Positions 40,440-55,486 of a DNA stretch of 64,000 bases are shown piece after piece. The notes under the pieces are model-generated. The model saw only the letters and a list, made by a program, of their open reading frames with translations. It made no database searches and was not told the DNA's origin. The first letter of the stretch is position 1. Each line of letters starts with the position of its first letter. The position numbers and the translations under genes are program-made. Location of the stretch: assembly GCF_009914755.1 (NCBI RefSeq), contig NC_060937.1, one strand, 5' to 3'. This DNA is from the human T2T-CHM13v2.0 reference genome, Homo sapiens.

Positions 40440-41155
40440 AGTGCCAATTTCCAGAGTTCTATACCATTTTACACTCATACCAACAATGTAGGAAAGAATG
40501 TTTCTCCATATTTTCACTAGCATTTTTGGAATTATTTGTTATTTTTTTTGGGGGGGGGGTCATTTTAATAAGTGTGCATAGTATCTCCTAATGGCTTTCA
40601 TTTGTATTTCTTTGATTGCTAATAATGTTAAACATATTTCCATGTGTTTATTTACCATCTAGATGTCTACATTGGTGAAGTGTCCAAGTCTTTTGTTCAT
40701 TCTCTAATTAGATTGTCTGTTTTTTTTTTAAGTTTTAGTTTGAAGAATTTTTTAATATATTCTGAAAATGAGTTCTTTGCCAAATATATAATTTGCAAAA
40801 TATTTTCTCACAGTTGGTAGCTTTTCTTTTCATTGCCTTAACAAGGACTTTCACAGAGCAAAGGTTTTTAATTTTGAAAAGTCCAACTTATGGATTTTTT
40901 TATGGATTATGCCTTTGGTGTCATGTCCAAGAATTTGTCACCTAAGTCAGGAAAATTTTCTATTATATTCTCTCCTAAAAGTTTTGTAGTTTTATATTTC
41001 ACATTTAGGTCATAAGAATCCATTTTGAGTTAAGTTTTGTATGGGAAGTTTAGGTCAAAGTTCTTTTTTGGGGCTATTGATATCCAAGTTTTCCAACATC
41101 ATTTGTTAAAAAGTATCCTTTTTCCATTGAATTACTTTGCACATTTGTCAAAAAC
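40440..41155 (-). mobile_element. Old L1M ORF2 3' fragment, antisense
   Basis: ataccattttacactcataccaacaatgta, ttcacagagcaaaaggttttaattttg-like segment, tttttccattgaattactttgcacatttgtcaaaaa. Confidence 0.85.
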
Positions 41156-41534
41156 TATAACTTTAGTTTAGCTATGTAAATTTAATAAGCTTTCAATTTA
41201 AAATCACAAGTCCAAAGCCATTATGGGGCATAGTTTCACCTTATTTAAAAATTGAATTTGTTATACTTATGATTTTTTGAGTACTTTGAAGTTTTCATTT
41301 GTTAGTCAGACAATTGAAGTAATTTAAGTAATTTAAAAGAAAATAGATCAAATGTATAAATATGGTTTAAAATGTTGAAAAGTGATTAAATGTGCAAATG
41401 AGACCAAACACTATTAAATGGCCCTTGAAAATTGCTAAAATTTCCTAGAAATATTAATAGAATAAGTCTCATAAGCTGCAGTTTCATACTTAAAATAGTC
41501 CTTTTGAATGTATGAGTGTGGTAAACGGAACACT

Positions 41535-42440
41535 AATTCTAAAAAACAAAGTAACCCCTGTTAGAACAGCTAAAATAAAAAATAATGAAAATACCAAATT
41601 CTGGAAACAATGTAGAGAAACTGAATCCTTCATACACTGCTCTCGGGAATGTAAAATGATACAACCACTCTGGAGAATAGTTGTCAGTGTTTTACAAAAC
41701 TAAACATGACTTACCATATGGCCCAGCAATTCTACCCTTGGGTATTTATTGAAGAGAAATGAAAACTTTTGTTTACAGAAAAACTTGCACATAACTGCTC
41801 ATAGCACATTTATTTTTAATGGCCAAAAAGTAGAAACAGTACAAATGTCCCTTAAAAAGTAAATGGTTAAACAAGCTGTGGTACATCTGTGCCACAGAAT
41901 ACAACTCAACAATAAAAAAGGAATGAACTATTCATAGTTGCAACAACTTGGATTAATCTTAGGGAATTATGCTGCGTGAAAAAATCCCATCCTAAATGAT
42001 TATATACTGTCAGGTTTCATTCATATTATACCACTGAAAATTATAGAGATGGAGAACATATTAGTGGTTGCCAGGAGTTAGGGTCTACCAAAAGCCAGGG
42101 TGAAAAGGAAGATGGTGTAGATAAAGGCAGTATAAGAAATCCTCAGAGTTATGAAACTGTTTGTATCTTGACTGCAGTGGTGGTCACACAAATCTACAAT
42201 GTGATAAAATTGCATAAAATTAAATAAACACACATGTAAATGAGCATGTAAAACTGGCAATGTTTGAATAATATTGATGGATTGCATTAACATCAATATC
42301 CTCATTATCTTACTGTACTTAGTACAGTAAGATGTTGGATTCCATTAGGAGAAACCAGGTGAAGTGTTCAGGCCCTCTCTGTATTATTCCTTATACCTGT
42401 ACTTGAATCTACAATCACATTTTTTTGAAACATAATAAAA
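41535..42440 (+). mobile_element. L1MC/MD-like 3' end
   Basis: gggaatgtaaaatgatacaaccactctggag, atggagaacatattagtggttgccaggagttagg, ctctctgtattattccttata, aatctacaat. Confidence 0.85.
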
Positions 42441-42667
42441 AGAGAAGCAAATCTCAAATAGTCCCTTCTATGCACAAAGAACAAAAAGCAAAACTCTTAA
42501 GGGCGTCAAAAAAGCTGACACTAGCATAAACACACACAGAAATTGCTTAGAACAATGGATGAATACATAGTACGCATTTAATGGATTGTACCTACTGCTA
42601 TTGCTATCACAATTATTAATATTTCTATAACTATTATCATCAATATTTGAACTTGCATTTGTTCTCA

Positions 42668-43005
42668 TGCCTGATACTCTTCCTTCAAATAGCTCATCTG
42701 ATTTAAGTGTCTGAGAATTTTACCACAAGAAACATCACTTCCTTGACAACTTATCTCAACGAACTATGCTCCGTCATTCCACTTTTCCTTGCTTCTACTT
42801 TATCCCTTTACCCTGATTTATTTTTCTTCTTGGCACTTATAAACAAACGAAATATTGCATATTTCCGTGTTTATTTGTTTATTCTCGATTCTCTCTAAAA
42901 GGCAGGCTCTATGAGAACAGGACTTTATCTACTTTGGTTCACTGTTGCTTCCCTATTTCTTACAAAATGCCTGACATGATACAGGTTCAGGAACAATTTA
43001 TTAGG
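42668..43005 (+). mobile_element. L2a 3' fragment
   Basis: ggctctatgagaacaggactttatctactttggttcactgttgcttcc...aatgcctgacatgatacagg. Confidence 0.8.
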
Positions 43006-43814
43006 GAAACATTGTGTTAAGCTGAAGAGTGAATGTTGATGTTAAAGATAACAATGCAAAATTAACTTTTTCTTATGTTTTAAGCAACAACTTCAGGTGT
43101 GTGAGAAAAATGCTAGAGAAGATAACTTCAAAAATCCCTTTGCAAATTTTTTTATTAAAATACTCATAAAACTATTTTGAAAAGAATCTTGTATGCACTT
43201 CAATGGGGAGAAAAAGATCAAGGAAATGTTGTGTTCTTCTAGGGTTTGACACTAGAAGACACCTTATGCCTTATTCATGAGTTTGAATTGAAAGTCTGCT
43301 CTCTTTTGGAACCTGCTCTCTTAATTTCACTTCTCTGCTTCCACTAGCTATTCAAGTTAACTGGTTCTTAGAGTTCCACCTCTTAGGGTGGAAGCTCAGT
43401 TGCCTCAGACCAAATTTGCATTTTGCCTTCAGGTTCCATATAAAGTCTCTTACTTGAAGTTTCTTTTTGCTTCTTTATGCAGGAACTTTGAAATTCATCA
43501 AGCTACAGAAGTATAAGCTCCCCCACCTTTTCCTCCCAGGATATCGCAAGTCTTTTTAGGTTCCCTGGAAAGAAGAAATGGCATTTTAAAAATATCTACT
43601 GTGGACCACAACTGTTTCAGAGGGAGAGACAAACTGACTTTGCCTGTGTCAGTTCTTAAAGGAACATCTTTTCTACCCAGGTCCACTGTGAAGTGGTTTA
43701 TAGCAACTCTCCCAATGAATCCACGTGGTTTACTCTTCATTAAAAGGATAAGTAAGTAGGGGGAAAAAAAAGTGTCATGGGATCTATTGAGGAAGACAAT
43801 AGCTACCATTATTA

Positions 43815-43935
43815 TTGAGTATTTTAAAAATTTTATACATGTTTCAGGATATTAGAAAGATGGGGCTCCAAAAGATTGAGTATTTTAAAAATTCTATACG
43901 TTTCAGGATATTAGAAAGATTGGGGCTCCAAAAGA
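43815..43935. repeat. ~61-bp tandem duplication (2 copies)
   Basis: ttgagtattttaaaaatt.tatac..gtttcaggatattagaaagat.ggggctccaaaaga twice. Confidence 0.95.
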
Positions 43936-44112
43936 TAGTTATCAGATAGCAAAGTGAAGGTAAAATAATTCCCACCCAAAATTATGTAGGATTTACAAAG
44001 GGATGGAGGAGAACTACAACAGAAAGATGCAGCAATAAGTAGGTACTGTAAATAGCCTGATAACTTAGAAAGAAATCACAGCAACCACAGAACTGAGACA
44101 CATCCTTTAGGG

Positions 44113-44443
44113 CAGGGGTCCCCAACCCCTGGCCATGGACTGTTACCAGTCTGTGGTCTGGCCTATTAGGAACAGGGTCACACAGCAGGAAGTGAGCAGT
44201 GAGCAAGCAAAGCTGAGCTCTGCCTCCTATGACATCAGCAGTTGCATTAGATTCTTACAGGGGTGTGAACCTTACTGTGAACTGCACATGTGAGGGATCT
44301 AGGTTGCACACTCCTTATGAGAATCTGATGGTGATTCTGAGGTGGAACAATTTCACCCTGAAACCATTCCCCCACCCCCCAGTCTGTGGAAAAACTATCT
44401 TCACGAAACTGGTCTCTGGTGCCAAAAAGGATGGGGAATGCTG
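44113..44443 (+). mobile_element. MER1B (hAT-Charlie MITE)
   Basis: Terminal inverted repeats caggggtccccaacc / ggatggggaatgctg; gagggatctaggttgcacactccttatgagaatct; 8-bp TSD ctttaggg / ctttagga. Confidence 0.95.
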
Positions 44444-44531
44444 CTTTAGGAAACTACAAAAGAGGAGCCAACCTGAAGTGAAAACCTCATTAAATACACA
44501 AGAAAGAAAGGCAACTTGGAAGATCTGCAGA

Positions 44532-45958
44532 TGTAACCACCTGAGGCAGTTTTCCTGCCCGCTGCACAAAGAAAGACCATGGCATTGTAGTAGAGAAAGA
44601 GTTTAATAGATATGAGGCTGGCCACACCTCATGGGAGGTGGAGTTAGTATTCAAATCATTCTTGCCCAAAGCTCCTAGATTAGGAGTTTTTCAAAGGTAG
44701 TTTGGGGGAAGGGGTGGGGGTGGCCAGGTGACAGGTGCTTGCTGCTGATTGGTTGGGGCAAAGATGAAATCACAGGGGGTTGAAACTGTCCTCCTATAGG
44801 CTGAATCACTTCTGGATGGGGCCACAGGAGCAGGGTTGGTGGGTCCAAGTGGATCCATGAGTGTCAGACGTTACAATACTTGAAAAGATATCTCAAAAGG
44901 CCAACTGGCCCTAGGTTCTCTGGTAGTGATGATATTTGCAAGATTGATTGGGGAAGTTGTCTATCTTATAACATCTGTAATGATAGCTGACAATTATTTA
45001 TGTCTGCACTCTAGTAGGACTCTGATGCCTCTACTCCCGCTAGGCCTGACGAACTTTCAATAGCTATGCAAAAGCCTTCGAGTTTGGGCAAGGCCTGTTA
45101 CCATTTAAACTATAGCCAAAATATCTTCCAAAGTTAGCTTGGCCCAATGACCCAGGAATAATTAAGGGAAAGACAAGATTGTTGGGGCTGGTGAATATCC
45201 AGGTTACTGATGGCAAATCCATACAGATCCTCAGCAACCTCAGTTCTTGCCTTCTCAGAAGAAAGAATTTGACGGAGGGGCATAAGGCAGAAACAGAGAC
45301 CAAGGCAAGTTTCAGAGCAGGAGTGGAAGTTTATTAAAAATATTTAGAGCAGGAAAGAAAGGAAAGTACACTCGGAAGAGACCCAAGTGGGCACTTTGGA
45401 GGTCAAGTGTTCTGTTCAACCTTGATCCTAGGACTTTATATGCTGGCTGTCTTCCAGCGCCTTGTGCCCCTTTCCCTTCATTCTTCCCTTAGGGTGGGAC
45501 TCCCACATGTGCAGTTCCCTCCTTGCGCTTGGGAGATGAGCATGTGCAGTGTGCTCAGGAAGTTGTGCACATGCCCATCTGAGGCTTTCTTCCCTTTTCT
45601 GATGGAATGCCCCCGGAAGGTCATACTCTGCCATTTTGTCTCTTAATGCTCATGCTCAAGCCCACTTGTCCAATTCCTGAGATTTTATTGGAAGCTGCCA
45701 ATGATCAATTTCAAGTGTTTTTATATACTGGGAAATTGCCTCTCCCTGGCATCTGGGACCAACTATTATTTTAGTGTCATAGCTGCTGGACCATCACCTA
45801 ATGGTCACCTGACACTCCTGGTGGGTAGGGGGAGCCCCCTCCCCACTCATGCCTGACTACCTACCTACCTACTATAACAAGATGGGGGATGGGTTAGCTC
45901 AGATCTCTTTCACCGTCATAATTTTCTCACGGATACAATTTTTGCAAAGATGGTTTTA
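44532..45958 (-). mobile_element. ERV1 solo LTR (LTR8A/8B-like), interrupted
   Basis: tgtaaccacc...cctgcccgctgcacaaa...gaccatggcattg; resumes at 45880 with ttagctcagatctctttcaccgtcataattttctcac...tttttgcaaagatggtttta. Confidence 0.88.
45180..45879 (-). mobile_element. ERV1 solo LTR (MER50/LTR9-like) nested in LTR8A
   Basis: TG...CA ends with 4-bp TSD agat; cagcaacctcagttcttgccttctcagaagaaagaatttgac; ctcatgcctgactacctacctacctactataaca. Confidence 0.85.
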
Positions 45959-46434
45959 TGAAGGCCACTGATCTAAGTCACAAAACCAAGCAGTAATGTC
46001 CCATCCGATTAATCTCTTTCCTACTTAAATTCAGAGTGAAAGAACAGCAAGTTAGTAGGGGTAGAAGACCCTACCTTTCCCACTATAGGTCTCTAGGCTG
46101 AAGCAGGTCCAAGCTAAAGGAGGAAAAAACTTAAGGTATAAAAGTTAGAAGTTTCAATTATTAACAGTACTAAACATTCTAATGATTTAATTGAGGTAAG
46201 GTTTGCAACTTATTTTTCTGCAGGGCTGTGTTCTATCTAAGAAACTGCATAATAATTTTGGGCCTGCTGGAGGTTTCTTCCAGGAGCAAAAGATTACCCT
46301 GCCTGACTGTGGGAGACAAGAAAATAAAGTTGCATTTTGATCAAAATCCATGCATCACACCTATTCAACATACTGGTTACACATACATAATCTCCTTTAC
46401 TCCTCATATCATCTTTGAAAGTTAGCATACAACT

Positions 46435-46584
46435 TGTGTTGTCTGGGGAACACATGCTCAGAAAGGTCCTGGGCTGGCTTGGTTTAAGGCTCTACTCTTA
46501 ATGTCTTGAAATTTTTAATACTTTGGAAAAAGGAACCCACAATTTAATTTTGCACTGAGCCCTGCGTATTGTGTAGCTGGTCTT
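46435..46584. mobile_element. MER91-like hAT-Tip100 MITE
   Basis: cttggtttaaggctct...tcttgaaatttttaata...attttgcactgagccctgc...tgtagctggtcttg. Confidence 0.75.
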
Positions 46585-46718
46585 GCAAAGCGCTTTTACG
46601 GTGCTGGCTGTGTTCAACTTCTCAACTTACATTGGAGTTATATGGGTGTTAAGTTTTAGCCATTGGTTATACCATACATATATTTTATGTAATTTTCTGT
46701 ATATATTTAATATTATAC

Positions 46719-47672
<954 letters not shown>

Positions 47673-48606
47673 TTACAAATAATGGTCAACTCCAAAGGAG
47701 GAGAAAAATGGATCAAAAGCCAATTTTAAAAAAGATCTTTCCAGGTTAGAAAAAGGACCTGATACCAACGGAAGCTAAGATGTCTCACTGTGTCACGGCA
47801 AATTTAATAACCAATGTATTTTCCACTAATTTTGAATTTGACATCCAACAAAATCAAAGTGATCCTGAAACCTAAACTGAAAAACAAGTAGTCTTCCAGT
47901 AATTAACTTAACAATCAGGAAGAGTTCAATTTTTTTGTTCTTTTCTCTGCCATAAACAATACAGAAATAGGTCTTTTGAGTTTGGCAGTGAAAATTGAAG
48001 AAGGTGATGACACAAAAATATAGTCACCAGTCAATTTAGCACTCATGTTTTAGAGCAGAATGGCAGAGCTTCAGAGTTTCAGAAAAAAAAATACTCAAAT
48101 ACTCCAATATTCCTAGGGAAGAAAAAAAGATTAAAGATATTAATAAGTCCACTCAAAAATAAAAATGAATCAAATTTAAAACTTTATCATTGAGAAGTTG
48201 TGATAGAAAAGAACTAGCTATAAATACAGAAACAAGCAAGAAAAATCTTCAAAAATTACTAAGAATTATTGGGAGAAAGATTGACGCTGCTAGGTCTCAA
48301 TAACTGGTGTAACTATGGTAACTAACATAGGATGTGAATGACAAAATATGCTTTGTAAAAAGAATACTTTTTTAAAAAAATAGCAGAGTTTGCAACCCCA
48401 GATTAAAAATATATCAGATAGGAAGAAAAAAAGCACAAAAATATTATACTTATTTTTCCACGAAATGGAGTTCAAAGTTGTCATTTTTTGTTTTTATAAC
48501 AGCATAACATATACAAATTAATCTATGAAAATTGCTAAAGTTGCCAATAATCAAATTAAAATCAAATTATCCATTTTCCAAATTATTACAAATGATAAGA
48601 AAATAC

Positions 48607-49243
48607 TGTTGGGGTTCAGAAAATAATATCCCCAAATCTGTCACTTTGACATGCTGAACTAAAGCAGCAGCCTCAAGGTCTCTCTGACCTTCCTCCTCTT
48701 CCCTCCTGTCTCTCAATCTTCTGTCTCTCCCCAAACATAGGATGAGACTGCTCTCTGAAGTGCCCTTATCTACCTAGAAACTGGACCTGCCAAAGAGGAA
48801 CACAATTGCCTTCGATCCCTTCTCTAAAATTTCATTAACCAGAGAAGATTACAACTCATATCACAGAGACCGAAAATTAAATACCACACCTACAGCCCAA
48901 ATAAACTTTGTCCCAAGCTATTGTTTGTTCTCTGCTCCCACTCAGTTTACAAAGAGACTCATTTATAAGCTAATTTCTGTCCATTCATCTCTCCTAAAAT
49001 CATTTACTGTCTCTCTAAAATTGGCTACAGCCACCACTTCCCTGTCGCCTTTGAAGAGAGTATTTAAGCTTCAATCATCTGGCCATCCTCTGATGCTTCA
49101 TATTTTTGTCCGGCTACCGTGCTTATATACATTGAGAAATTTGTTATGCTTTTCTCTTGTTAACCTTTCTTTTGTTATAGGGATATGAATTGTGACCCTT
49201 ATGATGAGGAGGAAAGGGATCATCCCTCTCTGTTCCTTCCACA
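48607..49243 (+). mobile_element. ERV1 solo LTR (MER39/MER39B-like)
   Basis: tgttggggttcagaaaataatatccccaaa...gcctcaaggtctctctgacctt...atgcttttctcttgttaacct...tgtgacccttatgatg. Confidence 0.85.
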
Positions 49244-49574
49244 CAAAACATTTTCTATGCAACAGAACACGGTGAAAGAAACAGCTAACCTGAAGAGGCA
49301 TAAAATTAACATAAGTAAGGCCTAGAGAAAGAATGAAAATCAATTACAATAAAGTTAAATTCAATATTAATCAAATGGTTCAAATGAAAATACCCCCAAG
49401 CCTTGGAATATTATTAAATGACTATTATTTCAGAGGAAATACGGTATAAAATACAGAACTACATAGAAATTTTTTAAACTGTAATAGTACAGCTCAATCT
49501 TCTAGATGAATATGGACACTCAAACTGGAAATAAAGTAACAGGGAACAGAGGAGATACAAATCTTCCTATCCCT

Positions 49575-49967
49575 AGAGGTGCATTTCCTCTCCCTTTTGA
49601 TAATTTAGCAGAGCTGGCTCAGGAGACTTGAGTTGCCCCAAGGGAAGAACAGGCTGATACCAGCTACTGTGTCTCTAGGGTTCCCCCTTTCTAAAAAGGC
49701 TCCTTCCAGACCAGGGAGCTTCCACTCTTAAATACACACTTAGATGTTCCTGGCCCTCTGCATAAATGCAGAGGGCAAGACGCTTCCCTTTGACACATGA
49801 GCCTCTGTGCATTATGAGCCAGCCATGCTCCCTAAGTTGTGGGTCTATAAGATTTGGGGCAATATGCCTGTGCTCTACTTTTTTCTGCTAGCAAATTTCC
49901 TCCCCAAAACCCTGTTAAATCTAGTCTGCTTTGCTAGTGACGTTGTCCATGATTGCTTTGCACAACA
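49575..49967 (+). mobile_element. Possible old ERVL-type LTR relic
   Basis: GC-richer block interrupting the A-rich L1, with a tataag box and a ...acaaca end; family not identified. Confidence 0.35.
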
Positions 49968-50778
49968 GGAATAGAAGCCAACAATTTATTATGCCACATA
50001 TTCATCTGAGGAATGAAAAGTGGATTACATTTATAAAATTGATTAACATCATATGTCACATAAAAAGGATAAATAAGAAAAATTATATTATCCCTTTAAT
50101 GGGATGGTAAAAAGCATTCGATAAAATATTATGCCCATTTATATTTTAAAACCCTTTAAAAAGGACAAGAAAGCTGGGCTCAGAGTTTATTTCAAATCGA
50201 CATCCAGCATTATACTCAGTGGGGAATGTGCTACAGTCGCTTCCTTTAAATCACTAGCAAAGCAAATAAGATTTCTCTCTATTTTTAAACTAATGATATT
50301 TAAGAAATTCTTATCAATTTCATAATTTATGAACCAAAAATAAGTGAAAACATAATAGAAAGAAACAGGAAATATTTTTGTTAGTTGCAGAAGATATAAT
50401 GCAAAAGTTCTAGAAAAGCAATTGATTGAAAAATAGAATTCATAGAGGAGCTTATCAAAGTGGAAGAGTAAGAGATGTATGTGAAAACATCTGTTCCAAT
50501 TCTACATACCAAATTCAAGAATTCCCATTTAAAAAAAAACTGTAAGAATTATTCCAGTGAGAAAAGTAAGAGACCTATAGGGATAAAACTGTAAACATTT
50601 ATTTTATGTTTATATCTAATATATATTTCCATTATTATTTCATATTTCTCAATAGTGTCAAGATTTTAAATCTGCTGATATTAATCTATAGACTTAGTTC
50701 AATTAGAATAAAAATTGTAATGGAATCAGTTTTTGAATATTGAGGAAATTAAACTAATCTGTAAGAATAACCAGGTGA

Positions 50779-51080
<302 letters not shown>

Positions 51081-51136
51081 GAATAACCAGGTGAGAACAT
51101 CTTTGAAATTTTTCAAAAGATAATAACTAGCCAAAC

Positions 51137-51805
51137 TACCAGAAGCATTCCAACCAGAGCACCTCCATCTTGAACAGGGGCTGGGTAAAATAAGGCTGAG
51201 ACCTTCTGGACTGCATTCCCAGGATGTTGGGCATTCTTAGACACAGGATGAGCTAGGAGGTTGACACAAAATATAGAACATAAGGACCCCACTGATAAAA
51301 CAGGATACAGTAAAGAAGCTGGCCAAAACCTGCCAAAACCAAGATGGTGATAAAATTGACCTCTGGTGGTCCTCACAGCTCATTATATGCTAATTATGAT
51401 GCATTAGCATACTGAAAGACACTCCCACCAGCACCATGACAGCTTATAAATGCCATGGCAACATCCAGAAGTTAATATGGTCTAAAAAAGAGACGAACCT
51501 TCGGTTCTGTGAACTCCCCATCCTTTTCCTGGAAAACTCATGAATAATCCACAACTTGTTTAGCATATAATGAAGAAATCGCCATAAATATACTCAATCA
51601 GCCCATGCTGCTGCTCTGTCTAGGGAGTAGCCATTTTTTGTTTCTTTACATCTCTAATAAATTTGCTTTCACGTTAGTCTGTGGACTCACCCAAATTCTT
51701 TCTTGCAAGAGATTCAACAACCCTCTCTTGGGGTATGGATCAGAGCCCCTTTCCAATCCAGAAGGTTTTCTTATCTCCTTTTTCTCCTGCTTCTTTCTGG
51801 TAACA
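51137..51805 (+). mobile_element. ERV1 solo LTR MER41 (B-like)
   Basis: aaccagagcacctccatcttgaacaggggctgggtaaaataaggctgagac...gacctctggtggtcctcac...aaatgccatggcaac...ggtaaca. Confidence 0.92.
51505..51534. promoter_or_regulatory. Tandem GAS (STAT) motifs within MER41B
   Basis: TTCTGTGAA (51505-51513) and TTCCTGGAA (51526-51534) both match TTCN3GAA; activity not demonstrated. Confidence 0.55.
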
Positions 51806-51947
51806 AAGCCATATATTTAAAATAAATTGTATAGGTCAGTAATTAAAACATTGGCCTACTTGTCTACAAATAAACGTACAGACCATTGCAACAATTCAGG
51901 TGACTAAAAAGAAATGATATCGTATATATGATAAAAGAGGCCTCACA

Positions 51948-52240
51948 GGCCAGGAGCGGTGGCTCATGCCTGTAATCCCAGAACTTTAGGAGGCCAAGGT
52001 GGGTGGATGACTTGAGTTCAGGAGTTCAAGACCAGCCTGGGCAACATGGTGAAGCCCATCCCTACAAAAAAACACAAAAATTAGCCAGGCATGGTGATGT
52101 GTGGCTGTCGTCCCAGATACTCAGGAGGCTGAAGCAGGAGGATCACTTTAGTCCATGAGGTCAAGGCTGCAGTGAGCTGTGATTGTGCTCCTGCCCTCCA
52201 GCCTGATCACAGAGGGAGACCCTGCCCTTCCCCCACAAAA
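51948..52240 (+). mobile_element. AluJ
   Basis: gaggtcaaggctgcagtgagctgtgatt (J type); TSD aaaagaggcctcaca / aaaagaggcatcaca. Confidence 0.93.
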
Positions 52241-53396
52241 AAAGAGGCATCACAGATTAAAGAATAATAAAAGGATCATCTATTAAATGGCCCTAGTAAA
52301 ATTTGGTGAGGAGCAAAGGGAAGGGAGAATCCATGTACAATTCAATTCATACCGTACAACATATTTAATTCCTGAGGAATTAAAAAAATAGTTATTATTA
52401 AAGAAAATTAGAGAAAATTTATCTGATTATTTATTTTGGAGGCTGTTTCTAAGTAAAACAAACATATAAAAAAGAGGAAATAATCCTATAATCAACCCCA
52501 TAAAAATAAAAGCTCCTGCGTATGAAAAAGTTAATAGAAACTAAAGGCAAATAAAAGATTGGGTTCAAATCAATAGCAAGTAAACAAAGAGGTAATATAT
52601 TTATAAACCTCATTCCTCTTCTAATTTGCATTTATTTGATAACTGCCGTGATTCAGCACTGTCTCACATGTTTACTTAATAGTTATAATTCTACCCTGGC
52701 ATGCTACCTGTTTATGTTATTTTATGTTATCTTATTATGTATCTGTTAAAGTCTCAATATTTTTCTAAACATTCCACATTTAGGAGTAATACTTTAAATA
52801 AATAAACAAAGCAGGTAATGATTTCAGAGTACAAAATTAATTAGAAAAACACCAAGCTCCACTAGTTATCAAAGAAGTATAAGTCAAAGGTACAATAAAA
52901 AAAAACTTTAAAACCTTTAATTAGCAAATTTTTTTAAAAGATAACATCTAAAACTGGCTTGCATAAAATATAAATTTTCTCTTATACATTTGGTAATAGT
53001 AGAAGTTGAAGTTGCAATTAGGGAGTAATTTATAATTATAAGCAATGCTTATAAGTTGTCAGAAATTTCTTGATGATAGTAAACCCATATCCTAAGAAAC
53101 AAGCAAACAAACAACATTAAAATAGTTTTAAAAGGCTATTTTTGAAAGCTTTAAAATAGCCTGTATATCCATCAGCACAGAAATGGGAAAGCAAATTATG
53201 GCCCACATACAGGGAACTCAATGCTGCCATTAAAATGATGATCATGAAGATTACATAACAGCATGGAAATACTTATGATAATTCCATCAAAAAAAAAACA
53301 AAAAAGCAAAATATAAAATCGTGTTCATGGTAGCAAAAGAATAAAACTGGAAAGAAATCCACTAAATCAATAACTTAGTATCTCTTTTTAAACAAC

Positions 53397-54319
<923 letters not shown>

Positions 54320-55160
54320 TATTGTTGGTTTTCACTACAGCAAAAAACATCCAATTCTTTTTCAGTTGCAAACACACAGTCTCTACTCAGTAGTTAAAAG
54401 TACCCAGTTCCATATATTCCAATCCTTTTTCCGATCTTAAGTCAAACATTCCAATTCAACACTCCAGTATTCATTCAAAGATAGAAAAAACCCTTACTCC
54501 CCTACTCCCTCCCCAGCTGGGGCTAGAACTTGGGGGCTGGGAAAGGAGATTTTCTTTTTTCTCTTCCTCCTCCTCCCTAGATTCCTAACTTGGGCCTTGG
54601 AGTCCTCACTCTTTTGTTGCCCCCTCACCCACTGGACAGGTCTCTTAAGCAGGATTTTAATGAACTCTTCTTTCCCGTAGCATCCCCATGCATGTGGTCC
54701 CCGAAAAATGCAAGTTCATTCTTTGCCCTGTAGGGGTCTCAGTAACCAAAAATGACAAACTCTTCCTGTCTTGCTCTTGGGATAGAGTCAAGAACTGAGG
54801 GAAGACACCTAGGGCACTCTGATCCAGCTGCTGGAAGCCCACTCCTCCAGGCTTGAGGCAAGGAGGCAGTGGCATCCCCCCCATCCCTAGGAGGACGGGA
54901 GTCTTAGAATCTCTGTTTCTCTCTCCAGAGAGGCCTCACAAGTCACTTGCTCTCTTTTCAGTTTCTTCACCCTTTCAAATTGTTGAAATGGTTAAGGAGT
55001 TCAAAACTTGTCAGGAGGATTCCTGTCTACCATTTTGAGGACTCTTCTTAGTTGTTTATTAGAGGCTGTTAACAAAACAAGAAATACCTCAGAGAATCCA
55101 ACAGGTCCAAAATGGTCCCGAATATCTTCCATTTATTTGAATGATTAAACAAAAAATGAA

Positions 55161-55429
<269 letters not shown>

Positions 55430-55485
55430 GGAAGGAAGGAAGGAAGGAAGGGAGGGAGGGAGGGAGGGAGGGAGGGAGGGAGGGA
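55430..55485. repeat. (GGAA)5(GGGA)9 microsatellite
   Basis: Counted directly from the sequence. Confidence 0.95.
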
Positions 55486-55486
55486 T

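Noticed and set aside
38772-42440. Twin-priming inverted L1 (+/-/+ arrangement)
   Set aside because: The minus piece (40440-41155) and the plus piece (from 41535) cover overlapping consensus positions and are separated by unrelated sequence; no shared TSD was found.
44229-44606. 125-aa ORF
   Set aside because: Runs through the non-autonomous MER1B into an LTR and has no transposase motifs.
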